From: Marsupella aquatica
Taxonomy: Eukaryota > Plantae > Marchantiophyta
Assembly (NCBI GenBank): GCA_973895155.1
Contig: OZ316895.1
Coordinates: 492,335-556,334 of the forward strand
Length of the DNA: 64,000 bases
Reading direction: 5' to 3'
The first letter of the stretch is position 1; each line of letters opens with the position of its first letter. A model generated the notes under the pieces. The model was not told the origin of the DNA. It did not search any database and worked only from the letters and a program-made list of their open reading frames with translations. Positions 1 through 14,216 of this stretch are shown piece by piece. The position numbers and the translations under genes were made by a program.

Positions 1-575
1 GGTGCAAAACTATTATTTTGTAAGTACTCATAATCATCACCTTATAAGCTCAACACTCTCAATCATGGACCACGGGAACACTGTTCCCGACATGGTGGTC
101 CATCTGGGCTTCACTTTCGTTGGGTAAGGGAAGTAATAATATGTTGGCTCCCAAATCTTGTCCCCAAAGATTTTGTAGTACCCTATTATGTCTGCCATGG
201 AAATCGAGGAACAATTGAACGGATGGGTAGGAACACAGGACAGGAAAGTTTTGTTGACCATTATTGAGATCTATGGCCTGAATATGGGACACGTGGGTTC
301 TGCAGCATCCCAATATGGGACACGTGGGTTTCGTCACAAAATTGTTGTCAAAAGGTTTACCCGTCGAAGTCTCCCATCTTCAACTTGCGAGCAGGATTTC
401 GTCTCGAATATCAAACCTCTGATGATGCACCGTAGCTCCTTAGAAGCAAAATCAAAGCACCTTTCTAACGAGCCAACAATCGCTTGATTCTGATCAAAGA
501 ACGCAAAGTTATGAATTGAAAAAGTAGCACGGAAAACCTTCAAAAGCTTGACGGGAGCAGTTTTCTTAACTCAGC

Positions 576-950
576 ATATCTGCGATGAAATCAATCTTGA
601 ACTCGGCTATGAATGCATGACCTCGGCTATGGCTGACGAGTGACGAAGATTCTGAGGGTTTGGAGTTCGAGGGAGGACGAGCGAGCGAGGACGGCTGTTT
701 TGCAGGCAATTCAGGTCTGCTGGATCGATCATCGGCCTGGGAAAATGCAAAAGAAGTTTTCTTTACTCACCATATCTGCGATGAAATCAATCATGACACG
801 CCCTAGAATGCATCACCTCGGCTATGGCTGACGAGTGACGAAGATTCTGAGGGTTTGGAGTTCGAGGGAGGACTAGCGAGCGAGGAAGGACGGCTGTTGT
901 GCAGGCAATTCAGGCATCGGTCGATCATCGGCCTGGGAAAATGCAAAAGA
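576..950. repeat. Imperfect tandem duplication (period about 195 bp) inside a probable TE end
   Basis: catatctgcgatgaaatcaatc...cggcctgggaaaatgcaaaaga occurs at about 576-753 and again at about 771-950. Confidence 0.85.
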
Positions 951-1864
951 CATGGGAAATGATACTCCTACTGGAGTTTTGTGGTACCATACGGAGAAGG
1001 CAGAGGCCTCGGTCTTGGCGTCGTGTTTCTTTGCTGCCGTCACGGCTCATTCCGCCGGAGGGGAGCCAGACTCCAGACTCCAGAGGTCTGCTGCCTTTTT
1101 TTTTTATTTCTTGCGCTTTGTTGGCTACCCTCGCGACTTATTCCCTTGTGCGGATCGAAAAATCCGCTTCCTTTCATTTCTTAGAGATCTCCAGCGGGTT
1201 ATGGGCTTCCGGCCTCTAAAACCCAAAATACAGTGAATCACTATTTGGAGGCCTGAGAAGTGGAGGCTCCCATATCCAATTTACAAACAAGTGGAGGCTC
1301 CCTCAGCCAATTTACAACCTTACCAACTAAAGATATTGTTCGAAACTAAGGACTTTAGTTTTGCTTATCGCACTCTGGCTGAAAGAGAGGGTTAGTCCAT
1401 TCCCGTGTGCAGAGTGAAGAATGTCCTGGCTTTTTATTTCTTACCAAAGATATGGTTTGGAGAAGGTCATTTGGACTTTAGTGTTGCTTTTTGTAGTCTC
1501 ACTAAAAGAGGGAGTTAATTAGAGCCAAGTTTGGGCTTAAGGCCAACTCGCATGTGAAGTGTCTTTCAAAAAAATGGCCCTTAACTTGAGTGGTGTGAGG
1601 ATGTGAATGAATGAGAAGTTTCTGGCAGTACCCCCCTCATGCGCCAGGCCCGACAGCATATTTTGTGGAGAGGGGTTGATCCATTCCAGTGTGGAGAGCG
1701 AATAATGTCCTGGCTTTTTATTTCTTACCAAAGATATTGTTTGGAGAAGGTAAGCGTTTGAACTTTAGTCTTGTTTTTTGTACTGTCTCTAAAAGAGAGA
1801 GTTGATTCGAGTCCAAGTTTGGTGGAATTTGGTGGAACACTCTAGGCTAAAATAAAGGAGGTAG

Positions 1865-3490
1865 ATGCTAATGTTGTTGTGGACTGGAGCTGCCATGATA
1901 ATGGCCATGTTCAAGAAGGCTTTCATTTGTCAGTCTGCCACACCCTCAGCCCTCAAGTTCACACAGCCCTACATTTGCTTAGATGCATGTCACACAAAGA
2001 ATCAAATATATATACCTTACCCCGCACAATATTTTTGGCCACAGCTTTAGATGGAAATTCCAGAGTTTTTATTTTGGCATATGCAGTAGCACCAGTTGAG
2101 AATACAGACAAATGGACCTGTTTTCTGGACTTGCTCTACACAACTATTGATGGGATGATCAAGTTTCCAGATTTTTCCTTTCATTTCTGATAGGCAGAAA
2201 GGCCTTAGCAATGCAGTTAGAGATATCTTTCCAGGGAAGTACATGCCAATTATTGCCAACATCTTACGAAGAATGTAAAAAAACATATGGCAAAGGTGGA
2301 AACAAATTCTTTATGGGCTGTGTGTATGCCAATACGAAAAACAGGTAAGTACTTCTCTACCTTGATAGATATATAGTTTGACTTATATTCAATGTGCACG
2401 CATCTTCCATGCTACATTGTATTCTCATCTAACTTGCCCGGGACCTCTCTTTGGTTGAACTATGATGATTTACTGGATACCATGAAGAAGAAAGTGGGAA
2501 CTGGTGATGATGCTTGGAAATATATTAGGGATAGTTACACGCTTGTATGTACGATATGCATTTACTCTTCCTCATATAGGGAAGGTCACTAGCAATCCAG
2601 ACAAGTGGAACACGCTAACTCTGGCCTTTGAGAAATTAGTGAGTTTGCCCCCTTTGCACTCCTGGTGGAAATGTGGTACCTGTCACAATACCAATCTAAA
2701 ACCATTTGGTCAGTGGGGTGTTCTGATGATGGACACACTCAAGCCATCGTAAGTATTCCTCCCCTTTGTCTGGAGGCACATTTCATTTCACAAAAACTAT
2801 CCAGGGCGGCATGCATTACAAAAAGCAGCACTCTTTGACTTTGGGGCGCCATAGTGTACAGAGGGCACCATTCATTCACTTTGTTTTGGGGTTTTCTGTA
2901 TGTTCAAACTATGGATCACAAAGCAAGTCGGAGTACCTGGTTTCAGTGTGGCCTACTGCATCATACACATGCAGGGAACTTCAAGAGATGGTTTGGCCTT
3001 GTGAACACATTATGGCTTGCGATGACAGGGATGGTAAGGACTTTACAATACATTTTCATAGGTGCTGGAAGACCTCCTCTCTTGTCCACTTGTATGAGCA
3101 CAAAATGCCTTGTTTTTTGAGTAATGACTTGGAGGGGCATCCATTTTGTTTCCCACCTGCAGCAGCCAAAAAAAAAGGGCAGACATAGGGTAGTTCGGGT
3201 TCCATCTGGTGGCACAAGGAAGGGGCCCAACAGGTGTGCACTTCTCAATGAAAGTGATGCAGAGGAGTCCATTGATGCCAATGCATGGTAATGTGGAGTT
3301 CAGATATGCAATTGAGGATTACATCTCTGTGCCAATGCCTAGAGAGATGGAGGACAAGGAGACACCCTCAGCAACAAAAGAAAGAAGGCTTCTAAGCAGG
3401 GAAAGATCAGGTGTGGCAAGTGTGGCAAAGAAGGGCACAGAAGGAGGAGGTCCAACACTGACTGTCTCAAGGCGAACTTGCATGTAAAGT
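1865..3490 (+). mobile_element. Decayed Mutator-like (MULE) transposase with SWIM finger and Zn-knuckle remnants
   Basis: Fragments across frames: LDACH, FLATALDGNSRVFILAYAVAPVENTDKWTCFL, SDRQKGL (MULE DDE core); TCRELQEMVWPCEHIMA (SWIM); RCGKCGKEGH. Several frameshifts and stops; GTAAGT donor at 2345. Confidence 0.85.
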
Positions 3491-4339
3491 GTTTTCCAAA
3501 AGACAGTCCTTAACTTGAGTTGTGTGAGGATGTAAATGAACAAGACATTTCTGGCAGTACCCCCTCATGTGCCAGGCCTGACGGTATATTTTGTGGGGTT
3601 CCAAGGGCAAGGACCCGAAAGTTTTCAGCCCTTGCAAGTCCCGAGTTTTGCCTTGTGAAAACAAAAGCAAAAAACTATACACTTGCTACAAACTCTCTCG
3701 TACTTGGGAAGTATAGACCAAGACCAAGATTTGTGTCCATTGTGTGATCATAGAAGTGCTACATATACCCTAATGTATCAGGTGCACAAAGGGCCCCATG
3801 ATCACATGCTAGTTGGCCGTCAGTCTCCACAGGAAGCAATATTCGAGCAAACAACTTCTAAGTATTCAACTTTCAATTACTTTGCCACTAAAGTTGAATG
3901 TTATAATTCACAATACTGTCATTGTTTTTTCTGTATTTATAAAAATGCCACGGTTTGGCATACGGATGACAAGTTTACTAAGATAACCAGGGGAACTATA
4001 TAAGGAAACCATGATAATTTTGTAAATACAAAAAAATAGTGACAATATTGTAAATTCAAACATCTTTAGTGACAATATACTTAAAAACCTTTACACTATT
4101 TTATCACTAAAAATATTCTAATTGTTAATACTATCAATGACAAGTTCACCAAAGTAACCAGAAGAATTATATGTGTAAAAACCGTGATTATTACAAATAC
4201 AAAAAAAAACAATGGCGTTATTGTAAAATCAAACATGTTTAGTGCCAGTATACTTAAAAGTGTATGAGCACTATACTTAAAAATTGTATGAGCAAATGAG
4301 AAGTTGAGAACCATAATACAACAAAAGTGAGAACCGCAA

Positions 4340-4521
4340 TATTGACCGACGCTCAGTCCCATTCGCTTGCCCATGGCTGTATGGGAATGACAGCAGAATC
4401 TACAGTGGGACAAAGGTCGGGAAGAATAGTATTGACCGACGCTCAGTCCCATTCGCTTGCTCATGGCTGTATGAGAATGACAGCAGAATCTACAGTGGGA
4501 CAAAGGTCGGGAAGAATAGTA
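4340..4521. repeat. Near-perfect 90-bp tandem duplication
   Basis: tattgaccgacgctcagtcccattcgc...ggaagaatag starts at 4340 and at 4430. Confidence 0.9.
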
Positions 4522-6287
4522 ATACGGCACGTTCGATGCTGTCTAACGGATACGCACGAGTGGCGCAATTTATTCAAATCTCGCCCACTAAAACTAATGG
4601 GACACATAAAACTTCAAAGCCAATACAGCAATTCCAGATGACTTAATCAATGCACTCCTTCCCGTGCATTCTCCGTGAATATTCCGTGGCCTGTCGTGCG
4701 ATTCAGGCGAAGAATACAATATTAACGTTTCTTTGGCTGCGTGCGAAGCAGCTAAACAATTATACGCCACTTGACTTTGCAGCTAAAAAACAAGTCACTT
4801 TTGAATTGCGGAGGATCTTTGAACTCATAGCTAGCAACAAGAACGTGGTGACAGACAAGGTCCTGCCCTTCTGGTTTAGTTGTGACATTAATTTTTCGTC
4901 AACCGTCGAGAATAATTCAGCATTGGAATCGTTGCTTAACTGGTAGCCTCGGCGTTAGAAACCTTGGTGGACTGCGAGTTTAGTGAAAGATGGGGATGGG
5001 AAATCCCCCAGAGCTCCAGAGAGGACGCCTGGATGAACGTTTGACTTCACGTGTGCATTCTGAAGCGAGAGTGGAAGAGAACTTCAAGGGAGTAGAATGA
5101 TGGAGATGGTGTTTTGATACACCGCAAATGAAAGACGCGGATGGGAAGTTCCAGTCTTTTACAGGAACATTCCCGACACGTGTGCATTCTGGTGCCAGAA
5201 TGGGTCGAAGAAAGCGTTCTGGCAGTAGAGAGATGGCGTTAATTGCGTCCGGCGAATAGGCGTGAGCGAACGTTTTGGGGGTTGCTCTGTTCATCGGGTT
5301 CAAACAAATGTGCTCCTAATTGTTTTATTAAGTTCAAAAGGGTATTTGAAATAGAATTGGTTATGGTTGTTCTTCGGGACATGGGGTCGATTGACAATGA
5401 CCCTGAAGTGTCACTTATGCCAATTGTGGGGCTCGTCTGAAAAGGCGTCTGGGTTAAATGAACGGTACCAGACCCAAGTGTTCGGTGTTGTTCACAAGAA
5501 AATCTTTCCTCGGCCCTCCCTGATGAAGGTGTCGTGTTGTGACGACATTTTAGTGCCCCATCACAGATACTGCTTTGAAACTATCAATCTTCGTGCCTTC
5601 AGCCAGATTATCTCTGGTATGGAAGTGGGAATAAGTTTGTTAACTGCAAAGAGATCAGTTCCAGCTTCAGAGCCAGAAGTTTTACTTCAAGAACAGTTCA
5701 GGTATTGGGTAGAGAATTGTCCAAGGCAGTACCATAATTTTGTGCAACCAACAAAGATTAATTGCTGAAGTTTTCTCGAAAGATAAGACAAAAATATTCA
5801 AAATCCGATAGGTACATACGAGGTCCGAATCCATTCCGGCTGCTTGGGGCATTCTCGCTGTACAGCGCTCCACTGCGGATTGGGATTGATTTTCTACATG
5901 GGTGGAGACCTTCATTCTCTGATGACGAGGACGTGAAAAAGACAACTTCACCACACGAAGCAAGTCACTTGCCGCTTCTCAAACTCTTTTTACGCACTTG
6001 AGAATGCAAAGACAATATAATGCAAACCCATGGCTGGGAATACCGCATTGCTTTCTTCTAATCTACCTTCAAAAAACGATAGCGGGTTTGGAGAAGAAGA
6101 GGCTTGAAGTAAACATTTTCTTCTCTGCGGCACCACCATGTGAGCATGACGCGCCACGAACTTGAGCTAAGGATTGGGTAGAACTCATCGCAATCTTGGT
6201 AAAAACTTCCTATTACTTACAAAATTTTAGAGCTGATTACAGAGTACACAATCTCTAAGGTGTACTGCTCTTTATGTCACCTTTATG

Positions 6288-9200
6288 TCATTGAAAACCT
6301 TGACTTCCAATGTTGCAAAGCTTTTGAACAGCTTCGAGGCTACCGTTGGCATTGCGGGTTTTGTCCAGAAGTTTGATTTCATATAGCTTTGGCCACATCT
6401 TGCCTGTAACTGTAAAATATATGACAGCTTTCAGAGATTAGCAAAATCCCGAAGTCCATACATATCTTGCCATGGTCAGCTTTGTCCAATTCGGAGCTGA
6501 ATACAGTAACAAAATCTCACTAACGGTACCTTGCTAAACTTTTTCCATTATTGCAACAACTGACGGACGATAATATATACTAGGCTCCAGAGATAGTACT
6601 GTCTCACTAGTACCACATGATCCACGCAAAGAGTCTTGATTACACAAACCCGGGACTACCAGAACCTAAAATGGTGGAAAAACGTCCAAATCAACAGTGA
6701 TAGCTCAGTGCAGACCCGCAATCCTCATCAGACATGTAGAAAACAATCGTGTCTGAACTAATCAGACTCATCGGTAGTCACGTACCATAGATTTTATCTT
6801 CTTCACTGTCCCAAGCAATGCCATTAAGCACATCCAGGCCCTGCCAAAACAAAATGCCACACAGTTCACAACGATCGGAGAAAAACCACAACCTAAATTA
6901 AGTTTGCTCGTTACTCAGATTTTGGCTTGGATGGAATGAATTTTACAGTGGGTGGATATCCATAGCAGCAGTTTTTGGAGTCTCCTTAAATAGGTGGAAG
7001 TGTAGGGTGCCCACACTACCCAATTCGACAAGGAGATAAAAGAATCTAGTTCGAAAGATACCTCTACACCAGCTGCTAGAAGTTTATTCCTGCAACAATA
7101 CAAGAAAGCCCGCAGTTTCCTATTAGTAGCAAAACTTAACCCAAATAAAAAGCTTTCCTTGACACCAATCATAATACAGCCTGTAGTTATCTATTAAGAG
7201 TCCAACAGTTTGACATACCAACAAACTTGTGGAGCAGGTCGTAGAAGTAGAACAGACTTCTACAATTGTATCAAAACATTGCATTTCAAGAAGAGTACCT
7301 CAAACCATGAAGTATAATCCAGCCAGTGACCTTGCCATCCTGAGGAGATATTCTTGCAATGCAACCTCCCTGAAGAGTGAACATGTGCACAAAACCTCCT
7401 CATGAGAAAACATGGCCTTTCTTACAACTTACAACTGAGACTTCACAATACATTCCGCAGAAGTTAGGAAAGGGATTGGGTAACCCAAATCTTCACGTCA
7501 GGAGATATCATACGGCCCATCTTACTCCAATACATCTTGCAGGGAATCTGATATTAAAACCTTGATAGTGAAATTCGTGATGACTGGAGTTATTTCCTTG
7601 CCATTAAATTTGCTTACCTGCCAGATGTTCGCCCATATTTCATTATGAACATACTCGAGCTCATTCAACCAACCAACTTCTCGGTCGCCATCCGTTACAG
7701 TCACAACCCTGACTTCTGCTGGTACAGAGCACTCTCGAACAGTTACTACCAAAATATTTGAATGCGAATACAGTTACGACAAAGGGTAGTGCCGTTCCAT
7801 CCAGTTCCTCCCAAAAGATTGACCTCCCCAGCAATGGGTTTTCAGTGAGATAATGAAGGGTTTGATCTTAGGTTATGTGATACTCTGTTGATGTCCCTCC
7901 CACGCACAACACTTCAGTAATGATCCGCATATAATCAGAGTCTTCTCATTTCCCGCAACGACATACAGAAAGATCTCTTGCTTGCAGAATCTCACCTTCA
8001 AATGTGTCTGGATCCATAAAGTAAAGTTTGGAGGTGCCATCGCTGCCTATGATAAGATTATTGCCAGTAGTAAGGCCCCATCCATCTTGCATCCCATGAG
8101 ATAATTCACCGTTCTGTGCATGAATACCAAGAGAAATCGTTGGTGTGTGTGAACTCCTAGATATCTTTCTGCCATGAAGTCTACACAACCTCGGGCAATC
8201 AACTTATCGGACAATTGGCTAGAGTAAAGATTCCCTCTTTTCTCCGAGTCTCCATGACCCGGCCTATCAACTTTATTAGATAATTAACTAGAAAAAGATT
8301 CCATCCCGTTTCTGAGTCTTCCAGTATCTTGGTTACTGCAATAGGTTGGTTTTTTATATATTTCCGGTCTCTAGTTCATTAGCCTGAACTGGCTAATGAC
8401 CTGAAGACTGGAAGAACATCAAGAACCAACCTTTCAATGACGAGGGTTTGTGACAGGAAGGTTCAGTTCAGTTCAGTTCAGTTCATGCGACAATCTGATT
8501 GCACTAGTTCCTTCCACTCACAAACCCCTCGTTAATCCTGTCAATCAGATCACTTGAAAAACTCCCATGGTACATGCTCCAGGAAGACTTACTGGAACCA
8601 GGGTTTCCTTGTCGTAAATTAAAACCTTTCTTTCCTTCCAGACAACTTGCAACAATCTGCATCATGGAAAACGTGGTCGTAAATTAAAACCTTTCTTGCC
8701 TTCCAGACAACTTGCAACAATCTGCATCATGGAAAACATGTTCAAGAGCTTAACAGAAGGAAACCGTAGCAACCTGTCAAGTAACATGTACCATCCGTAT
8801 CAGCAACCACGAACTGTTCCAGAAATTCAAAACATACCTATCCTTCCAAATCGTCAAGCCTTCTCCGAAATCCCGAGGTTTCATCCGGTGTTTCCGCCGA
8901 ACCTGCCCACTATCCAAATGTCTGGTGTTTGTTACTCTCCTTTATAATAGTATAAAAGAATACAATATCTGACATAACTCTCACTGACATCAGTGCAGGT
9001 ATTCGCGTAACAATCTCGTTATGTTATCCTTCATCAGAGAGCAAGCATAAAACGACGAATTTCTCAGTTCAGGACATAAATGGGTAAACTGGGCGGCAGG
9101 ATAGGTGCCAAAAACTTGTAGCACAGGCAGATAATTTGAAAAATTCTGTAGCGAGAGCTGACCTCCCCAGTTCGAAGATCTACTTCCCGCACAGATGACT

Positions 9201-10470
9201 GCAGTTCCACACGAGAAGAATCAGTCAGAAACTGAGAAATATAAACTCCGGCCGAACCAAATTGTACGTCAAGGCTGTTAGTGTCAGTTCATACTACGAC
9301 GTACCTTTGCATACAAGCCTGTTGATTCATATAGCGTTCCATTGCCAGCATATGTAAGTCCCTGCACACGTAATTTAATTCAATACCGATCTCTCTCAAT
9401 CAGTGAAAGATGTCGTGCTCTTGCCCAAATCAGGCATTTGTGGTCTTCATTTGATCAAGCTGGAGTGATTTAAGTCAACCAAAGCGGTCCTCTCTCTGTA
9501 ACATTCTCTTTTTCAGTGAGGGACCAACACATAAAAGCCTTAATGGCCCGTCTCGGCTTATGAGGGGATGCTTTATATCTATTTCTGGAAACAACCCAAA
9601 AGAGGGAAAGGCAAACTACATGGCCACTTTTTCACCCTCTTTTAGGTTATAAACCCAGGACGTCAGTCTGACCTTGTCATCAGTGAATAAGATATTTGCA
9701 GAGCACAAAAAACTAACCTCTTCAATACTTTTAATAGGTCCCCATAAAGAGAATTGCATTCATGATTTGCTTCCCTGTGACTACAAAAGAATGCAACTAG
9801 TAGTTTCCACACTTCTAAGACCGAATCTTCAGTTCATGTAACAATGTCTCCATCCTAGACCTTTGCCCAACTCTACATTTCTTACATTGTCCAATATACC
9901 AACAATGACTCGCTCAACATCTACAGGCTACCGAACCTAAATCGTTATGGACTCATGTTATCGTTCACTTTCCAGAATACGAACTTATGCTATTCTTCCT
10001 CATACACTTCCTAACAGATTACTTTGCTCTTTATGATAAGTTAAACCGTGAAGCTGAGAATTCAACAATCGTGAAAAACAATTCACCTGAGTGAAGGCGC
10101 TGGGATCGTGATGGAACTCCCGAATAATCTTGTAACCATAAACAGCCACACTGTCGTTGAGTTCCAGAGGATGATGATCGGACAATTCAATCTCCCTGTC
10201 GATCTCTTCATCAGCAGACAAGGTTGGCTTCCGTGAAGCCTTTCTGAGGGAAGCATGGCCCGGCCTCAACGTGAACACAAATATCGTGAAAAGAGCCAAC
10301 CCGAAAGCTACCAAAAGGCCGAGAACCACTGAGGATTCTGCACAGCTCCGGCCAGCTGCGGCTGCCGGCCTCTTCAGCCTATTCCTCCGCATTCCTACAG
10401 ACGCAGTAGCAGAAGAAGTAGATGCGGCAGATGACGATGGTTTCCGACGCAGCCGAGCAGAATTGCCCAT
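6288..10470 (-). CDS. QCT: Glutaminyl-peptide cyclotransferase (plant-type glutamine cyclotransferase), about 11 exons
   Basis: Exons with GT-AG boundaries: 10470-10087 (TM anchor, HDPSAFTQ), 9361-9305 ([17 protein letters not shown]), 9198-9163 (SSVREVDL), ~8902-8838 (FGEGLT), ~8656-8593, ~8113-7997 (DGWGLT, SDGTS), ~7717-7619 (LNELEYV, IWANIWQ), ~7370-7299, ~7090-7063, ~6840-6786 (DVLNGIAWD), ~6409-6288 ([12 protein letters not shown], stop). Confidence 0.93.
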
Positions 10471-11132
10471 TCAATCAAGGAACGCTTTCTGTCTGTGGAA
10501 AGTGGACTCCTCTCAGGTGAGCTCGCCACAGAAACATCTCCACTCGTTTGGTGGGCACTCAGGCTTATTACTCCTTTCAATCCGTAATTCCGTAGTAACG
10601 ATCCGTGTGTTTAATTCTCCAACGCCGGGCAACAACTGCCCCCTCGCTTGGCACACCTACCCTCGCAGAATTCAATTGCTGCACAGCGAGTACTGTACCG
10701 GATGCTGCTGTCTTGGAGCCGCCTGGAGTGCTGTCTAATTTGGCAAACTCCTGCATCTTATGATGGGTTGCAGTGTTGCGCAAGTGTGAACCTCCATGGA
10801 AACAGGATTTGATTTGACGGGGTTTGGAGTTCGGCTTTGCTGCAATCATACGTTTTGTTATGTTGTTGCTCTCTGGTCTGCTGTACTTTTGCGTCGTGGG
10901 TCTATACTCCAGACAAATACACCACTAAGTACTGTACTTCACTGGTCAGTCTCTGGTTTGATGTGCTATCAATCTCTGGTTTGATATACAGGCTATCGTG
11001 GGTAAGTGCATCAGGTATAAGTGCATTCTGTGGGTAACTAGAGGTACTTTGTGTAGGCGGCTTATATCCGGGCATTTACTTTTTGTAAATGCACCCAAAA
11101 ATGCACTGTGAATGCACCAAAAAATGCATTGT

Positions 11133-13568
11133 TTGTAAGTGCAAGTTGATGTCACTAAATGATAGATACAAAAACTGCATACACAACCTCTTTGGGGACG
11201 ATCTGGCTATGATTATTAGGGTGGTGATGGAGTTTGTCAACAACAGCAAGAGGCTGTTGGATTGTCTTGGCCGGGCATTGGGTTATTCTGCATCTGGGAA
11301 AAAACCAAGGTGGCCTTCATCTCCCCTAGAAGGATCCCCATTGAATCATACGCTTACCTTGGAAGTGGGAGGATGCCATGACTGCAACCGAGCTTCTGGG
11401 GCCCCCTTTGCAAATGGCATCTTGGAGTAGCAGATGATTGATAATCTTGCTGCAGAGTTGGAATCTCAGCTGGATAAGATCCAAAAGACCTCTAGATCCC
11501 TTGCAGCTGTGTCACCATTGTCAACCACCTTGTCTTGAGTATACTCTGACAGGTTGTGTTGATGGTATGGGCCGGGAAACAATGCACCCTGGATGCTTTG
11601 CAAAAGAAGATCACACCCTTCATTTGGGCTGGGCAGAACGAGAAAACACGACCCCAAGTCAATTTTGCGATGATTTGTCGTCCAAAGAGATTTGGGGGAT
11701 TGGGTCTTATCTCACTCTCGGCACAATGCAGGGCTCTCACTAGGAACTTTATACTTTGGGCCATTGCTGAGGGTGACCATCCTCTTAGGTGCATAAGATC
11801 AAGATGCTCTCATTAAGGAAATGGGGAACTGATGATTTCTCATGGGTGGTCTCTGGATGCCACAATCTACCTCAGGATGGCTCACAAGGGTGGGTCAACA
11901 TTTGCAATGGGTGGAACGTGATCAAGCAGAATTTGAGACCGTCTGCTCCTGCCACATGGAAGGTTGGCTTGAACTTCCTCTTTGGAGACCGCATCTTAAC
12001 CACATCAACCACAAGCTGGCTAAGTGCTCTAGGAATCCCCATGGGAGAATGAGACGTGCTGGCATTTGTTGCATGAAGGATGTATTGAGAGGAAAATAAT
12101 GGGCAGTTTATCCGTTGGGAAGATGGCCCCTTCATTTGCTTCCGAGAAATTGTGCAGTGGTGTACACAAGGTTGATTGACAATCTTATTATTGTACCAAA
12201 GCTTCACTATAATTCACGACAATGGATTCCAGTCTTCATGGAGGCAGAGCTACCAAACGACACTCTCTTCATTTGGGAATACAAGATTCAACGAAACCAC
12301 ATCACCTCCAAATGGCAACTATTCCATGATTCTTTTATCCCAGTTACAACCTTTAGAGTCCTCAATGGCATATTGCACAGGATGGACACTTCTGCCCCCC
12401 CCCCCCAACCGGGTACCTTGCTGCATAGGGTGGTGGTCAAGTCACACACTGCTACATCGACCACCATTTCAAGCATTGGAAGACCTGTCAATGAGTTGGT
12501 TGTCCTGATGCAATATGAATGATTGGATGGATGGAACCCCTTTGATGGAAACTAACACGACAACCTGCAGGAAATCCAGGGCCCTCTCACGATGACTGTG
12601 CACAAAACAGTGCAAAAGTGGGCCACACAACTCAACTGGAGCCCCAATCTTAGGTTTTTGTGGGCCAACACTTGGATTCCATACAAGGCAGCGTCGGAAA
12701 ACTATTTTCTTTGGCAACTTATTTATCAAATTCCAGCTACCAAGCATTGGAGGTTCCCAAAAATACCACCATCCAACCCCATTACCTAGTTTACACGATG
12801 TGATCTTGACTAGCATGAGGACCTCATGCATTGCATGTGGGGCTGCCCAATCTTGTCATTGATCTGGGGTTGGGTCCAATTTGTCTTGCAGCATGTGAAC
12901 TACACAGGGAACACCCTAATACTACTGTAGTCAGCTCACATTTTGGTGGGGGAGGCACTCCCAGGCGTCTAGGACACACCAGGTAAACTTTGACACATTG
13001 AGAGCTATTGTCTGCTGGAATCTATGGAAGGACAGGAGCTCACATTTCATTGAGCATACCCGGTCTAATGCTCAAGTGGTCATTCAAAAATCCTGGCACC
13101 GACTGGCTATTTACTTACGTAAGGATTGGGGCAGACAACAGTTCAAAATTGAAATTGGCAAATCTACGTATAGAACATTGACTTTCAACTATGGGTCTTG
13201 GGTTGCAATATGGGAAATTCATGAGGACATCTTATAGATACCATCTATTCCCCCTAGCCCCTCATGAAGGTCTTTACTTTACAGGAGTAGAAGTTGTACT
13301 GTAGGCTAGACTAATAGCTTCATCTATCACGGACCCACTGTTGGGTGCCCCGTCGGCACCTATCCACTGGCCGGTCTTTTGGGAGTTGTGCGGTGGTTGA
13401 ATTTCTTGTTTGGCTTCCTTTCTTAGGGCCTGCTTCTCTCCTGGTCTCGACTTCCCCGGTCCTTTAGGTTTTTGGACCTCTGGTCCCCCAAGGTGCCGAC
13501 CCCTTCTTGTGGGCCACCCATGTTGTATGCTGGATTTTTGAATGAAATTCAATTGGTTTTTTGAAGCA
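11133..13568 (+). mobile_element. 5'-truncated, degenerate non-LTR retrotransposon (L1-clade LINE) nested in the left subterminal region of the DNA transposon
   Basis: FIWAGQ...VNFAMICRPKRFGGLGL (post-RT motif of plant LINE ORF2); zf-RVT remnant near 12790-12850 (EDLMHCMWGCP); many stops; 14-bp TSD AAAAAATGCATTGT at 11119-11132 and 13569-13582. Confidence 0.88.
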
Positions 13569-13639
13569 AAAAAATGCATTGTAGTCGACAAGAGTGCATA
13601 AATCAGCCTATTCATTAAAAGTGTATTATTATTTTATTT

Positions 13640-13967
13640 ATGTACATTTGGGCAGTGAAAAGTGTACTTTTGGGCTTGGAAAAGTGTACATTTGGCCAAT
13701 GAAAAGTGTACATTTGGGGATAGAAAAGTTTACAATTGGCCTAAAGAGTGTACATTTGGGCAATGAAAAGTGTAAATTTGAACATCAAAATAGATACATT
13801 TGGCTTTAAAAGTGTACATTTGAGTACATTTGGCCTAGAAAGTGTACATTTGAGTGCAAAATGCATACATTTGGCTTAACAAGTGTACATTTAAGTGCAT
13901 TTGGTCTAGAAAGTGTAACTTTTAGTGCAATAAAGTGTACATTTGGCCTAAAAAGTGTACATTTGCC
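13640..13967. repeat. Subterminal array of AAAGTGTACATTTG-type motifs (period about 21-22 bp)
   Basis: More than 10 degenerate copies; the same motif recurs four times at 26585-26664. Confidence 0.9.
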
Positions 13968-14216
13968 TACCAACTCTTATTATAATCATTTAAAAGAAAG
14001 GAATGAATAGAAAAACATTTTTAATTATGTAGAAAAAGCAAACATTCATATTTATAATGATCAAAAGTTTAGAAAATGAGGAGATAGTATCACATTAAAA
14101 CTATTAGAATAGTAAATAACTAGTACATAAATTACTATGTTTGAATGAGTGACTATCTTAGTTACATAAAAACTAGTAACTATCTATTTAATTATTATAG
14201 CTTCTAACAACTAAGT

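Noticed and set aside
4600-6200. Short ORFs between the MULE and QCT
   Set aside because: No recognisable motifs or consistent exon chain could be built.
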